Of a stretch of 64,000 bases of DNA, positions 28,157 to 42,420 are shown in pieces (position 1 is the stretch's first letter; every line of letters begins with the position of its first letter). Made by a program: the position numbers and the translations under genes. The DNA is from Spongospora subterranea f. sp. subterranea. Its lineage: Eukaryota. The notes below the pieces were generated by a model. It saw only the letters and a list, made by a program, of their open reading frames with translations, did no database searches and was not told the DNA's origin. The stretch is taken from positions 62,001 through 126,000 of the forward strand of contig JAUGWO010000013.1 of NCBI GenBank assembly GCA_049724395.1, given 5' to 3'.

Positions 28157-28739
28157 ATTTTTTTGTTGCATTCATATCATGGTATAAACAGTCAAGTCCA
28201 TTGGGATTTTGGGAGAACATTTCCGAATAAATTTGTAGTCGTAGTAGACAAGAAAGAACTCGGCAACGCGGGGACCATCTAACTTCAAGAAGAACGATTC
28301 GACAACTGCACCGAGCAACATTTGATAGAGACAGAAACCAATCTATCGGTCGATAAAAAAAGTGTTAACGAATTCGACCCCGGGCATTCTGGTTCCATGA
28401 AGGGTGTTTATCCAAACGTGGCCATTTTAATGATATCCATTTATTTAGGTGCACGCCTGTCGAAAACGCAAGCCACCGTCCTCCGCATCGTGATGCGCGA
28501 GAACTTGGTATGTACAAATACTGTAGGTACAGTAGCTCTTAGCCCATTCCTAACCTCAGGAGCCTCACATTTCCAGGGTCGGGGTACACTTCTCGGCGCT
28601 CCACATTCGCACTTTTTGAGGACCTCTGAATAATTCTGAGCACATTCTTGGAGCCGAGATACACTTCTCGGCGCTCCACATGGGTAAAACAATTAAATTA
28701 TTATTTGTGGTTTTACTTGTGGAATCTAACCTTTCTAAC

Positions 28740-30260
28740 ATGGCTTCCATCGAGGCGCTCTATCTTGCCGAGGAGCAATTAGAGTCGCTGTTGACGCATT
28801 TTGATACGACCGATCTGAACGAAGATGTCCCAGCTTTGGACGTAAATGAAGTACGACTTGTCACCGCAATTGCTGTTTTTTCCACTCTTCAATATACTTC
28901 TGGCTTTATGTGAAATACTTTTCGGGGTTTCAGTTGAAATCTGAACACATTCTGGTTGATGCGAATCTTCTTTAGTTTTTTTGGTGTGATACATCGTTTT
29001 GTAATGTACGTCCTCAATTATTTTGAAATTGCAATGCTGTATTCGTAACTGATTCCTTTTCTTAGGATGTCGTAGGCATACGGGAACATCTTGCAGTAAC
29101 ACCAATTGGAGCATTATCTTTAAGTTTGGCTGTTGATGTAATTAAGCCGTATTTGGTTTTCGGTTCTGACGCCAATTCCAACATGTATTTCTTGCAGGAT
29201 TGCTCCAGAGAAGAACCACTAGTACCGAAAACTGTTTCTATGGCTTCCCCATTATCATATCAAGTACCAATCAGTTCGTTCGCTGTAATCAATGTTCGGG
29301 TAATCGCCTCTTACTAGGACTCTTTTCGCAATTTGAGAAGGGTACTGAAATCGGACAAGACGCCCTGGTCAGAACGCTGCTCTGCAATGGTTTGTTAGCT
29401 CGCATTATCACAATATTTTGCCTACGTTTCAAGTGTTTAAATCTCCCATAGTGCTGTATTATCCAATCCTGTTTCTAAAATTCAATTCAGGATACTTTTA
29501 CGGAAGTCTTAAAGTTGTGTCCTGATCAATGTTCAACGCTCCTTACCGATATTGTCTCCATTCGAACCTCCATACGTAATCAAGTGGAAGATGCTCGTTC
29601 CGCAGGTGATCGCAGAAATACGATTGTTTGTGAAAACAGTTAACATGAGTTCTCCAACTCCAGTGGTTCGCTCGTCATGTCGCCTAATTGCTACGTTCGC
29701 GTCATTGCTCACTAGTAAATTCCAAGGTTATCGCCTTTATTTCTCTGCTTGTTACTCTCTGCAACGTTTTGGTATTGCAGATCTTGCGGTTTTTTTCCTA
29801 CCAATACTGTTATCGCGTTTGTACGTCACCGTGAAGGTTATATCGTCGTCATCCGATCAATGTATCAAGTCGGTGCTGGAAGCAGTGAAACCATCCCCCA
29901 AACTTGTCCCAAAGGTAACGCCTAATCAATATGCATCTTTTGCTTATAGTTGTAGCTGGTCAAAGCTCTATCGGATACGCATTCTGCTGTACGGCAATCG
30001 ACTTGCACTTATATTAGTATTGTGCTTGATGGATGCAAGCGATGTGACGAAGATATTCAGATTTATGCTGATCATCTTTCAGTTGCAGTGCTGTCGGCTG
30101 CTAAGGATGCCGATGGAGACGTGAGGAGGCTTGCACGTAAAAACTGTGACATTTTTTCTTGCAAATTGATTAAATTTATTACTTTGGTTAGGTGTTGCAT
30201 TGAGATCGTTCGTGGAATGTTTTCCATCGCATCACTCATCTTTTGGGATTGCCGCTGATG
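28740..30260 (+). CDS. CLASP-N/TOG HEAT-repeat protein, multi-exon, 3' end uncertain
   Basis: VVRSSCRLIATFASLL, FLPILLSRLYVTVKVISSSSDQCI, LSDTHSAVRQ, AAKDADGDVRRLAR. Confidence 0.7.
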
Positions 30261-30441
30261 ATGACAAATATCCAAATCGTGATCGATTGTCAGGAGAAAT
30301 AGAAAATCGATCAAACTTCAGCAATTTGCTTGATTAATAATATAAACCTACTTTGGCAAAAAAAATGATACCCAGCAGAGACTCGACCTAATCCATCCGA
30401 GCAACAGACCTTTTGGTGAACAAAAGGAAATCAAAAACATT

Positions 30442-30513
30442 TGCAGACACTGAGACTCGAACTCAGGTGATCAGCGCCACAAGCTGGTATCCTGCCAACT
30501 AGATGATGTCTGC
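30442..30513 (-). tRNA. tRNA-His (GTG), identical to 28085-28156
   Basis: Exact reverse complement of the first copy, with its own T5 terminator. Confidence 0.93.
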
Positions 30514-31543
30514 TGATTTGATGGTTAGCCAACTATGACATCGCACTAGTGTGTCACACTGTACAATAATTACGTCACTTGTTGAAATTCTTCTGCGTCT
30601 TTCAATGTGGTCAAACGCGTATTGTACTGTGTGTTCAGTTTTGTGGCTATTCAGCAGCATAGCCATAAATTGATATTCGTCAAAGTACCATTTGGTCGAT
30701 ACGGAGAAAGCCCCAAATCAACATCATCCCCAAAAAATGCCTTATTCCATTCAAATCCGTCGAAAACGCGTCTATGTATCCTACTATTCATCTCCATCGA
30801 CCATCGCTACTGCAGAACCAAACGGGACAATGCAGCATTCTTAAATATAAATTTTGAAGCAGGAAGTAACCGACATTTACGCAGAAAGGGTTGCAGAAAT
30901 ATTTGTATGCTTGAATAAATGGCAAAAATCAAGAAAAAAACCGCCGCCATCATACACGATTATGTGTTTGTGTGCAGCATTCAAAGCATAGCTCACTACA
31001 GAGAGAATTTCCAATTCTTGGTAGTGTTTGAATTAATGAAACATTTGTTCGAGCGCTACAACAAGCCACATTCATCCATTGATCGAACATCCAGTCGGTA
31101 GCATTCGAGAGAGTACCCCCGAACATTTTGTTTTAACATGCTAACATCCACCGGCGGTTTGTCAAGACTTGCGATCTCGGCAACACAGTGCCAAAACTGG
31201 CACTTGTGATTTGGAATCTTCGCTTCTGAAGTTCTAGAGGAATCAGATGCAGTTCACGGGATGGGCCATAACAAATGTATCCTTGTCTTTGCCCAAAGCT
31301 ATAGTGCAGACTGGTAGGGCCGTCGAAATCGGAGCAATTACCCCTTGGGTACGTTTTCACTCCGGTTTTTTATCTGGGTTCTGATTTCTGGAGCAAACCG
31401 GAAACACGTGTTGGGCATCATGAAAACACAGAGAAACTCTGGGACTGTGTTTCGCCTGGCTGCATGTGCAACGGTGACACTGACTGAAAAGAACATCAAT
31501 TGTAATGGGCCTTGAGATTTTGAATCATCGTGCATTTGGATAA

Positions 31544-34334
31544 ATGTCGAATTTTTTCCCCGAATATTCCGAGCGACAAGCGTTTTCCAGTCGATTGCGA
31601 TTGCAGAATTTGCAAGGGATTTATGGGCCTGGGAGGAGCCGATGGAATCAGTCTCCTGACCTACCTCAGCAGGATAAAGCGGCGCAAGAGCAGGATCACC
31701 TGAATGCTTTAGCCCAGGCACGGAAACAATACTTCGCAGAAAAAAGAGCAGCGAAATTGAACATGAACAAACGGATGAACGGAGAAAGCGGGAAACGCCC
31801 TCTTTTTGTACAAGGTCCGGCAGAAGTGGTATCTGATGTCGGTGAGATCGCTACAGAAAGCTCGTCGGACTCATTCCGCCCACACTCGAAGAGTGATGAT
31901 CCAACAATTTTCGACTCGGAAAATATGGATTCTACAGGCTTACTCCTTCAGGAGCAGGTTTGTTCGCAGATTGCGTCTGTAGATCGCGAGAAGTATCCGT
32001 TCAACGGGTTGGCCGTTTCAGAAGGAGACGGTGAAGAATTATTCCCGGACTCTGACGACTTTTTGGATATTTTGAACAATTTGAGAATTCTTTCTGGACA
32101 ATTATCTATTGCGAGGCCAGGCCCTGTCAAGAATTCGTGAACTTAAAATGGCCGGAAAATCCAATGAACTCGGCGATTCCATCTCCTAGAATGAACAAAG
32201 TAATCCCCTTAATAAAAATTGATTCAGTTCAGACGAGCAACAACAGAGCGATCCGGTGTACTGCAACGATTGAGAACTCGCCCTGAGAATAAATGGTGAG
32301 GTGTGAACTGGAACGAAATCGGCAGCCGCTGCGTCCTTCATCACAGTGTTTATCTCTCGCATTGCCAGATAGAGCCGCCTGTGTCTTATCACCACGAGCA
32401 AAATCTGTGAGCGCTCGTTACTCATGCAAGCCCAGTCCAAGGTTTGAACTTTTAGAATCGGAGAGATCGCGACTGCAGACCGATCTTATATCCAAAATCC
32501 AGCGAAAAGGACCCAGTACCTATAATGATGTGCGACGAAAATTTCACAGAACCCCTCCCATTCTGAAAAGGCAATGCGGCAGCCCACGATCGGCTCGTAA
32601 TTTAGAGAGCAATAACAAAATGCAGGCGATCTGTAAACGCCCCTCTGAAGGGCAACAAAAAACAGACAACGAGTGCCGTCATTCAAACGCATCGTTCAAG
32701 GTGATCATGGCCGAGATTGATCTCACTGAAAAATTGCTACGAATGGAAGAGATTAATTACTGGTTACCGCTGATCAAGAGGTTTGGCAGCTGTGTTTGAC
32801 AAGAGTGAAATTGAAATTTCCCAGGTCTAAAGACCAAGACGATGATGTTGGGTTTTTCCAAAAGGAAGGTTCATATTGCTTTTATCAAGCGCAGCAATTA
32901 ACGAGTATTTTACGAAGGGTGAACATCATATCTTAGGCGAAATGTGCACCCTTACTTATCTGATTTGCCTTTATATTTTAGGCAGACCCCGCCTTTAGAT
33001 GGCGTGGCCGTTCGATTGACGAAACTCTCAGAAGCTACGGCAGAAGTTTATCCCAAGGGATTGGGAACATCATTGAGGCCGAGATCGATCACAGAACGAG
33101 ATCATCGGATAGCCCCAATCGTGAATCCTGTAAAGCTGTGATCATAACGACACCTGGTTTGGTTCACAGCCGATCCGTATGATGGATCGTCTTGCGGCAA
33201 TACATGTATTCTATAACCAACAACATAGGTGGAACAAACCCCAGTTCAGTTGATATCTCCCCGGATGGAATCTGCAATTTGTTTGGCGACATCAGGCGTA
33301 TCGCATAAGGCAGGATCACCGTTAACAGATCCACTACTAGATATCAGCACAAGAGTTGTTTCGGGGAATATCGCCATGGTATTGAAATATTGTGCCTTCG
33401 GGGCATCCAGCTGTCGTCTGATTGTTTCAGACTCAACATCTGGCGGCTTTAGTGATACAAAGGCGGTTGCGAGGATGGTTAAGGCGCCGGCAATGGCCGC
33501 AGTTGAAATGTAGGATGCAGATTCAACTCTGCAAATATTTCAGTATTCGACTCATGCCACGATTGGTACATTTTGATCTGTTTCGGGAAATACTTTTACC
33601 AATCGGCTTTAGGCGGGAGCGTGGTTCAGGAATATAATCCATAGTCATTATATTAGTGGGCGAACCGATGATCAGATGATTGTCGAACGTCAAGTTCGGT
33701 TTGAGACGGGACGGCGATTGCATGTTAGTCATGATATACTTCAACTGGACAATACTCAACATTTCTCCTAGGCCTTTATGGCACATTATTTCCCAATGGA
33801 GAAGCCATCAGTATTGGTGACATTTGCTCACCTGTGCATGACGCTTTCTGATCAATACCGTGATGAACTATTGGAGAATGCGTCTGGAAGAAGAAGGGCA
33901 GATCGGTGGAATATTGATGGCCCAAAAACCAGGCAGCGAAGACGGTAATTGAGATATTGACATCACCCTAAGTACTTGAGCTAACGGCTCATCAAAGAAC
34001 TCTGCGAGCTGTCATCGGACGATTAGATTCTCCAGATGCGGAAAGGCCGAATTTGCCATGGCAGCGATTACTTTGGGCATATTTTCGTTTGAAGCGCCCA
34101 CTAGTTTCAGTTTTAAAGCACGCATTCGTCATGATGGCAGTCCCCGGTAAGATCGCGTGCGATCCGATTTGGTCGGATCCATGGATTGAAAAATACAGCC
34201 AAGTATGCAGGCAACAATTGACACCGATCATACTGGATATTGATATACCTTCCCACAGGTGGATGGCTTTAATAACATTGCAAGTCTCGTCCGTGACAAA
34301 CGTCGATATGGCAGATAGCTTGTTCGTTCCATAA
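31544..34334 (+). CDS. Hypothetical multi-exon protein with an IQ calmodulin-binding motif
   Basis: Long low-complexity exons; AALVIQRRLRGWLRRR matches IQxxxRGxxxR. Confidence 0.55.
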
Positions 34335-37300
34335 ACGTCAACGCAGAGATATCACGTAAAATCAAAAGTGCAGACGATAACACATTAAACCGAAACCGAT
34401 ATGTAGAAAACTAGACTCTGTTATACATGCCCAAGGTGGCGGGGAAGCAAATAGAATTTCTGAGGCTTTCAGAGAATTGTTGCGTTAACAACACCATTCT
34501 TGAACGCCAACTGGGACAATCAAAAGCCGACATGAACAATGAAGAGTTCAACAAGCTGCTCTGCTCAGCGAAAATAGAACCAACCTGTTCGGCAAGTCGT
34601 GATGTAGATTCCGTGTCTTAGGGTTCGTCTATGAACGTGTTTGCGTGTAGAATGCGAAGATTGTTTTTCAGAATGTCTCGAAGAGTTCGTACATTTTTCG
34701 TAGAAATGCGTGCTATACATATTTCATCGTCTGACACTTAAAAATGGTCGCACAGAACGCGTCTGCGATGGCGCAGCAATCGTTTTGGGTATCTCTTCGC
34801 TGCTGATGCATGAAATTCCGTCTTTGAGACCTTAAACTCACACTTGGTTTTTTCTCGTTATCCTCAATGCTGGCTTTGCGTAAAGCTTTTGAGCTTGGTC
34901 CAAAGTCAATTTACAATGTGACACCCCCAAGCGAATAATTCGGGGATGTGTCTTCCTTCACATCCAAACTGACATTGCTGTTCCCATTGCGGCGATCCGG
35001 TTGTGGAAAACCATTAAGATCGAGTGAACATTTGATAGAGGGTTTCAAATTTGATAAAGTTTGGTGACGTCGCTTCTGATTGAACTTGCAGTGGTTAGGA
35101 GCTGAAGCAATGTTGATGGATACAGAGCTCATACCATCTGTATCTCGCAAAAGGGTGGCCCCTGGTTCAGTAATTTTTCATCCCTGATTCACTGATGATT
35201 TTGCGAGACTGCATAATCAAATCCAACGCATATCTTACATGGTCAGCGTGCGGATTGAACCGAAGGGGATGGAAAATGGCTCGTACGTGGACATTGCAAC
35301 GGAATCTTGTTTGACACGATCGATCGTCCAGGAATCTGTATAAGTCTTCGCCGTTGATTGTCGACAAATCAGACTCTGGGCGGTTTACTCCAATACAACT
35401 ATAATATATAACACATCATGGTCTATAACATGTCGTATCTTTTGATCAATGACAGCTCTCGACGTTAACGGATCTCTGATGAAGTTCAGCTTCTCAATTG
35501 AGTCCGTGCAAATGTGCCAATGATGTAGAAAATGGTTGGTTGAAATTTCGTAAATCTACGTTCTTGAGTGACGGCGCTGATATAATGTTGAACTCGACGG
35601 GATTCATAACAGAATGAACCACGGAATGTTGGTGATAGCGCCATGAGCCGATTTCCGCGGTTTAAAACTGTGTTGGCGTCTCAGGATTGCGAGCCTGGAC
35701 TTGGAGGCCAACACACACACACTCAATCGAAGTGTAGATTGGTGAACAACGATTATTGTATTAGAAACAAGTGTGAACAACAGTTATTGTATTAGAACAA
35801 GCAGAATTAAACAAAAACAAAACTCGGGCCGGGTTGGATTCGTCTCGTTCACCTCCTTTCATGTGGAGGCACTCCAAAATGTCTTCACATTCCAAGTTGA
35901 CGTGCTGACATGAACATCTTTGGTGTCGATCAGCTAGACAATGAGCATATTGGTCGGCCAACGCGCCCTACAACAAGAAATTTTTGAGTGACATCCAAAC
36001 TGGAAAACGCTCAAATTATATCCCTTTATTGGAACCGTTGTTTATGGTTGGGTATTCAAACGCCCAACAGCGACGGCGACAATTACCTAGAGGGCAAATA
36101 CTCGGGAGTGTTTCGCAGGTCACCAAATGCATTAAGCATTTCTCCAAGTATTTCTGTTTGGGTTTGTCACCACGACCAAAACTGAATATTGACTTGTTTA
36201 GAGTGTACAGTTGACGAAATTTACAATATCATTATAAGGACGCCCCGCCTGAGCACATCAAACAAGATTTCAACGGTCGAGGTACACTGCGTATAAATGC
36301 TGCTAAAGGTTGTTTGTTGTTGTTGAATGTCTTTTGTACCAATGGCAATGAGTGCCGGTATGCTGTATTCGAAAGGCTACATGAGCCTTTTTTCCAATAG
36401 ACTTTTGTTCTGTGAAAAAAGACGTTGGCCAAAGTAATAATGTACATAGAGGGGTTCCCTGTGTTTTTTTAAGCACATGCAAAACAGGAATGAAATCCCT
36501 TTGGGCACTAGTGTTATAACTCACTAATCAAAACACCCCTCATTTCCATGCAGACTCCTTGCCGGAGAGAGCGCCCGCGTTATTCGGTGTGAGATTTGAC
36601 CAAGGAAACTTTACAAACATTATCAAGTGGGACAGGCGCAGTGTTAGATCACATTGTAATCGTAAAATCGCCTGCACAAATTGCATTGGTGATCCTGGTG
36701 AACTCGCACTCAAGTACGACAGGTAAAAGAGTTCTCCAACATTAGTAATACACCGATGTCGGGATGACTTGCCAAACTGTATCTTCGTCCATGCGTTCGT
36801 AACTATGAAGTCGTCCCATTCGCCCTTGACGTGTGCATGCTGAGGGAATGTGTAGTGACAAATTTGGCAAACTGAGAGAAGGGCAACACAACCGCACAGC
36901 TGATGTGGCGATGTCGATGTTGAATCCTGTTGCGGCAACATTTGGAACAGCGGAATTTCTGAGGATTTTAGGGAATTGTTGGGTTAGCAACATCATCCTT
37001 GAACGGCAATCGGGATGAACAAGCCAACGTGAACATGACGTTTAACAAGCTGTCCTGTCGGTATATCATGCAAAGGTACCAAACAGAAATAAAACGACTC
37101 AATAGAAGAATGGATGGAACGAGAAATGAATATTTTTTTCATGTGGAACAGTGACGCCCGACATTTTCTATTTTGTTCTAAAGGGCTACGCAAGACAGCT
37201 TTATTCTTTTGTGGCTCGACGAGACAAATTTCCGCCTCTGCGTGCCGTTATCTTCCGGTACAGGGTATTAGACAACTTCCGTCCGGTCTGTCCCAGATAA

Positions 37301-37474
37301 CGCTGATGTGTTCAATGATCGAAATAATTCTGGGCCATTCAAACCTGTTAAAACATGAGGCCGGAAACCCTGGGTGGGGGGGGGGGGGCCTCCATCCAGT
37401 GTCTACCCCATGTCCTACCGCACAACAATAGATGGCCCAACCCGCCATCCACCACTGTTGAATCAGGCCAGGCA

Positions 37475-40400
37475 ATGTCTCGCCATCGAGCTGTACGAGC
37501 CTTGGATTATGATGGTATGTGATTTTTGATCGCTGGTTATCAATTCGTATTCACTGTTTTTCTTGCCTGTTGAATTTCGAACACCAATGTGTGGACCGAA
37601 GTTTGTTGACAATTCACCTGTGCTTTTTTGCGATGGGCCCAGTCTTTTTATTTGGCAGATTATTACGATGATTATGATGAAGAAGATATTGGGCATGAAG
37701 ACGATCATAACGTCAACATTGCGGCAATGTCGCCTGGGACGGCATCGTACATGATGCCGAGCTCCGGCGATGCCAATTATTTTGGATTCAATACAGCCAA
37801 TAGAGCTCCACAATGTGGGTATCATCACATTATCGTTGGAAAACAAGTATTCTGAAGACGTATTAGTCAATATTGTGGATGCGATCAATCGCGTTCTCGA
37901 GATTATTGGCGATCGGGATCCAGCCGAGGTCCGAGTTGCTATCGAACAGTGTAGTTATGATATCGAGGCGGCAATCGGTAGCTATGCTTGAGTTGAAAAT
38001 TGTACTTTCTGACTCCATATAGCATATTTGCTGGAATCGATTCCATCGGCGCCAAGAGCCCTTGTTCACTGATGAACTTGATATGGAATCGGAACTGGTC
38101 GAACCGGCTCCTGTGAGCTGATATACATTATCAGATCTTGGTTGTTTACAATGAGTAATCAGGTTTTGGGCAGTAATCATTTAGATCTCGGCGCGGAGAC
38201 AAGTTTATTTCCAAAGCGTGCAACAGCGGATACTGTTAAGGCGGAGCCAGTCGTTATCCCAAAACCATCGGCTATGGCGAAATCGCTGATGTCAAATCCA
38301 TCAAAACAGGTTTATGAACACCCAGCGATTTTTTTCAATAGTCTTAGTTTCCGGTTGACGGTCCATTTGTATGTTTCAACCTGTATTAATGAGTGTAGTT
38401 AGCAGACGTCAAACTCCCTCCTAAACCTGCGACTTCTGATGCTTTTGCTGAATTATTTCAGTTCGATGTGCCTTCACCTGATACTCGAGCACGAACAGCA
38501 CATCTAAAGGTTTTATGTCGGGCTTTTTCTTCAATAGTTGCTAACTTGCTTAGGCTGCTCATGGCGTTCCGCGTCAAGCCCTATCCTCCACCGCTCCACT
38601 TGCTGCAGCTCCAGTGCCGGCTGTAAAACCTGCTGTCGCTGTAAAAGGAATGAGTGAATCCGCTTTGAGGAAACGCCAAGAGAAGTTAGATCGGTTAATC
38701 AAGCTTCAGGAAGATTCACCTGCATCGAACCTCAACCTGGTCTTTGATTTGCCGACTTTTCTTCCCCACCTAATTTTTTTGTTTAGATTGTGGTCGGACA
38801 CGTTGATGCTGGCAAATCTACTTTGATGGGGCATCTATTGTATGCTCTTGTATCACTATCTCGTCAAATTCTGATTTGATTGCTAGATACTTGAATGGGG
38901 CGGTTTCCTCCCGTGATATGCATAAATTTGAGAAAGAGGCTCGTGAACAGGGCAAGGTATACGTTGACGATTGGATTCTATGGCCTGTGCCCTAATAATC
39001 TCAAATCGATTAGGCATCCTTCATGTACGCATGGGTTCTTGATATTGGAGATGATGAACGATCACGTGGTGTTACAGGTACAGAGAGACAGTTCAATGCT
39101 TGATTTGAAACATAATTATATGACCTGATTTACATATAGCTGTATGACTTGTCATGTTTCGCATTTTGCCGTTCCAGTTTGATGTTGCTTTCGCCAATGC
39201 CACTGTGATTATTCCACTTTCGGATATGTTGATTATCGGTTATTGTTGTTGCTTGGTTCTGCTCTTTTTAGCTGCAGTAGTTCAATGCATATTGATAGTT
39301 TCATTGTTGCAGTTGACATCGCAACCAAGCATTTCAACACCAGCCGTTGTCATGTGACATTGCTAGATGCGCCCGGACATCGGGATTTCGTCCCGAACAT
39401 GATTGCCGGCGCTTCCCAAGCTGACTGCGCTCTTCTCGTCGTAAACGCAATCAATGGCGAATTCGAGGCGGGTTTTGATGAGAACGGCCAGACTAAAGTA
39501 CATAGGTTACGATAATCAAAATCTGTTTTCAAATGCTTTTGTGGTAGGAACATGCTATACTTCTTCGCTCCATGGGAATATCAGAAGTTATTGTTGTTGT
39601 CAACAAACTAGACATGGTTCACTGGAGCGAATCTCGCTACAACTTCATCGTCGAGACACTCGGTGCTTATTTGAAGACTATTGGGTTTCGTCCTGGAAGC
39701 ATTCGGGTATGTTCCTTGCTCAGGGCTCGAAGGCTGCAATCTTGTCAAACAAGGTTCGACTTGCTGTATCTTTCTAGGTTTGTCTAACATCTCGGTTAGG
39801 GGCACTACCTGCAGAATTATCGGCTTGGTATTCAGGAGATTCTTTGATTGACATGATCGACACGTTCAAAATTCCAGCAAGACCTATCCTAGCCCCTATG
39901 CGTATGGTCATTTCTGATGTTTTCAAATCTCAAGCTTTGGGCGGTCTGTCCGTTGCGGGTACCCTTATTCAGGGGTAAAATTCTGAAAATGGTGCAAAAC
40001 CTTTTTTTGATTGTAACTCTTGAATGCAGATGTATATTCCCGCAAGACCGTGTCTTATTGCTACCTGCAAATCAGGTCCGCCATATGTTTGCCATGCGTT
40101 CCTTCTCCAACGATGTCTACGATAGGTCGTTACCGTGAAAAACATCATGTTTGATACAAACGATACTGTGGATGTGGCCATTCCTGGGCATCGGGTTGAA
40201 GTTGGAATCGCAGGGTATAAGTATTTACAACAAGTTTCGTTGATGACCGACAATGATGATTTATATTGATATTGGCCAATCATTAATAGTGGCATATTTC
40301 TATCTGTTCCCCTGGTTTTCAGTTTTATCGACGGTAATGAATTGATGTCTTTCATTTCCTGTTATCAGGGTTAGCGATGATTCAGCCGTGACGATAGGGT

Positions 40401-41009
40401 CAGTATTGAGCGATATTCAAAAGCCTCTCATAATGGCATCTTCAATCCAAGCATCTATTGTCACTCTTGAGGGCATGGCGCGTCCTATCCTTCCTGGATC
40501 AGATGTACGCTTTATGATAGTTTTTTCGCTATTTTATTGTTATTACGATATATCTTCTTAATGAGACTTCAAACGCCCTCGATATCCTCTTATGGGAAAT
40601 GTATTTTTTCAGGCAATTTTGCATAGCCAGTGTATTGAAGAGCCTTGCATAATTGCTAAGCTGAAGTCATTACTGCATAAAACAAGTGGCGTTGCTGTCA
40701 AGCGCCATCCACGTCTATTGACCGCGTCCCAGAGAGCGGATGTAATCATCCATCTCAATCGACCTGCGGGGTAAATCTCTTGCTAACCGTGATCAGTATT
40801 TCAATTTGGGTTTGGGTTTGAAACATGTTTTCTGTAATCGAACGTGTGAAATATCATTGTCATCATATAGAGTCAAGTATGATCTAATTTTACTCAACAG
40901 ACTGGAAGCATGCGATTTGTCAAAGCAGCTTGGACGATTTACTTTGCGCCGAGATGGTCGGACAATAGCTGTTGGTGTTGTGAAACGTGTGATCAATGAC
41001 AAATCGTAA
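37475..41009 (+). CDS. HBS1: HBS1-like translational GTPase, multi-exon
   Basis: [13 protein letters not shown] start, [72 protein letters not shown]. Confidence 0.93.
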
Positions 41010-41291
41010 CATTCGCTGATCCAATTCGGAAGTTTTTTTTTTACTTTATTAAACTATCATTTCATATTCGATTCGACATGAAAGTTTAAAGTAGTTGTGC
41101 AACATCGTTTTAACGTACGCCAGCCACGCCCCCAGCCACTAAATTCCTGGCCGTCGACTTCGATTTGCTTCACGACATTTCCGGACAAGATTGAATATTT
41201 GGGGATGAGCTGCTGAGCTACCAATGCAGTCAGGAAATCCGAAAAACGAATTGCGAAACTGTACCGAAAACTCTCTAATGACTGCGCCTGA

Positions 41292-42201
41292 CTGACACAT
41301 TGAGGACGTCAGCCCTCTTCCGTCACTCTGTTGCCGCAATAGGAGTGGCTGACAGATTGAGGACGTCACGCCGTCTTCCGTCACTCTGTTGCCGCAATAG
41401 GAGTGGCTGACAGATTGAGGACGTCACGCCGTCTTCCGTCACTCTGTTGCCGCAATAGGAGTGGCTGACAGATTGAGGACGTCACGCCGTCTTCCGTCAC
41501 TCTGTTGCCGCAATAGGAGTGGCTGACAGATTGAGGACGTCACGCCCTCTTCCGTCACTCTGTTGCCGCAATAGGAGTGGCTGACAGATTGAGGACGTCA
41601 CGCCGTCTTCCGTCACTCTGTTGCCGCAATAGGAGTGGCTGACAGATTGAGGACGTCACGCCCTCTTCCGTCACTCTGTTGCCGCAATAGGAGTGGCTGA
41701 CAGATTGAGGACGTCACGCCCTCTTCCGTCACTCTGTTGCCGCAATAGGAGTGGCTGACAGATTGAGGACGTCACGCCCTCTTCCGTCACTCTGTTGCCG
41801 CAATAGGAGTGGCTGACAGATTGAGGACGTCACGCCCTCTTCCGTCACTCTGTTGCCGCAATAGGAGTGGCTGACAGATTGAGGACGTCACGCCGTCTTC
41901 CGTCACTCTGTTGCCGCAATAGGAGTGGCTGACAGATTGAGGACGTCACGCCGTCTTCCGTCACTCTGTTGCCGCAATAGGAGTGGCTGACAGATTGAGG
42001 ACGTCACGCCGTCTTCCGTCACTGACAGATTGAGGACGTCACGCCGTCTTCCGTCACTGACAGATTGAGGACGTCACGCCCTCTTCCGTCACTCTGTTGC
42101 CGCAATAGGAGTGGCTGACAGATTGAGGACGTCACGCCGTCTTCCGTCACTGACAGATTGAGGACGTCACGCCCTCTTCCGTCACTCTGTTGCCGCAATA
42201 G
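41292..42201. repeat. 58-bp minisatellite, about 17 units including 35-bp deletion variants
   Basis: Unit CTGACAGATTGAGGACGTCACGCC(G/C)TCTTCCGTCACTCTGTTGCCGCAATAGGAGTGG. Confidence 0.97.
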
Positions 42202-42420
42202 ACGTGGCCGCGAGGACTTCACAGGTAAAGAGTAAAGACAGATGAGATAATCCTCACATCTGTCCATTCTGATTCCGACGATGTCGCTTGCGTGTCCAAT
42301 ATCAACGACCAGATGACGATATCACCCATTCAATTGTGGTCTCTGTGGAAATTTGTTGAGGTAGCAGACGCATGGGTAAACTACGTCAAAGATCCGTTCA
42401 TTAATCACGAGCCCGAGCAT

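Noticed and set aside
28585..28681. 22-bp direct repeat TACACTTCTCGGCGCTCCACAT; similar small duplications near 7112-7180 and 19957-19996
   Set aside because: Only two copies each, consistent with ordinary slippage; no further structure.
28084..30514. 74-bp perfect inverted repeat as transposon TIRs
   Set aside because: The repeat is exactly a tRNA-His gene with a Pol III terminator; no TSD.
34400..37400. Short ORFs and a poly-G run in the intergenic stretch (similarly 900-1600, 5085-5560 and 57700-59100)
   Set aside because: No recognisable domain or consistent exon chain; may be decayed genes or elements but cannot be supported by eye.
41292..42201. 58-bp arrays (also 61199-62230) as a CRISPR array
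   Set aside because: No unique spacers, units are contiguous and near-identical, no cas genes, eukaryotic context.
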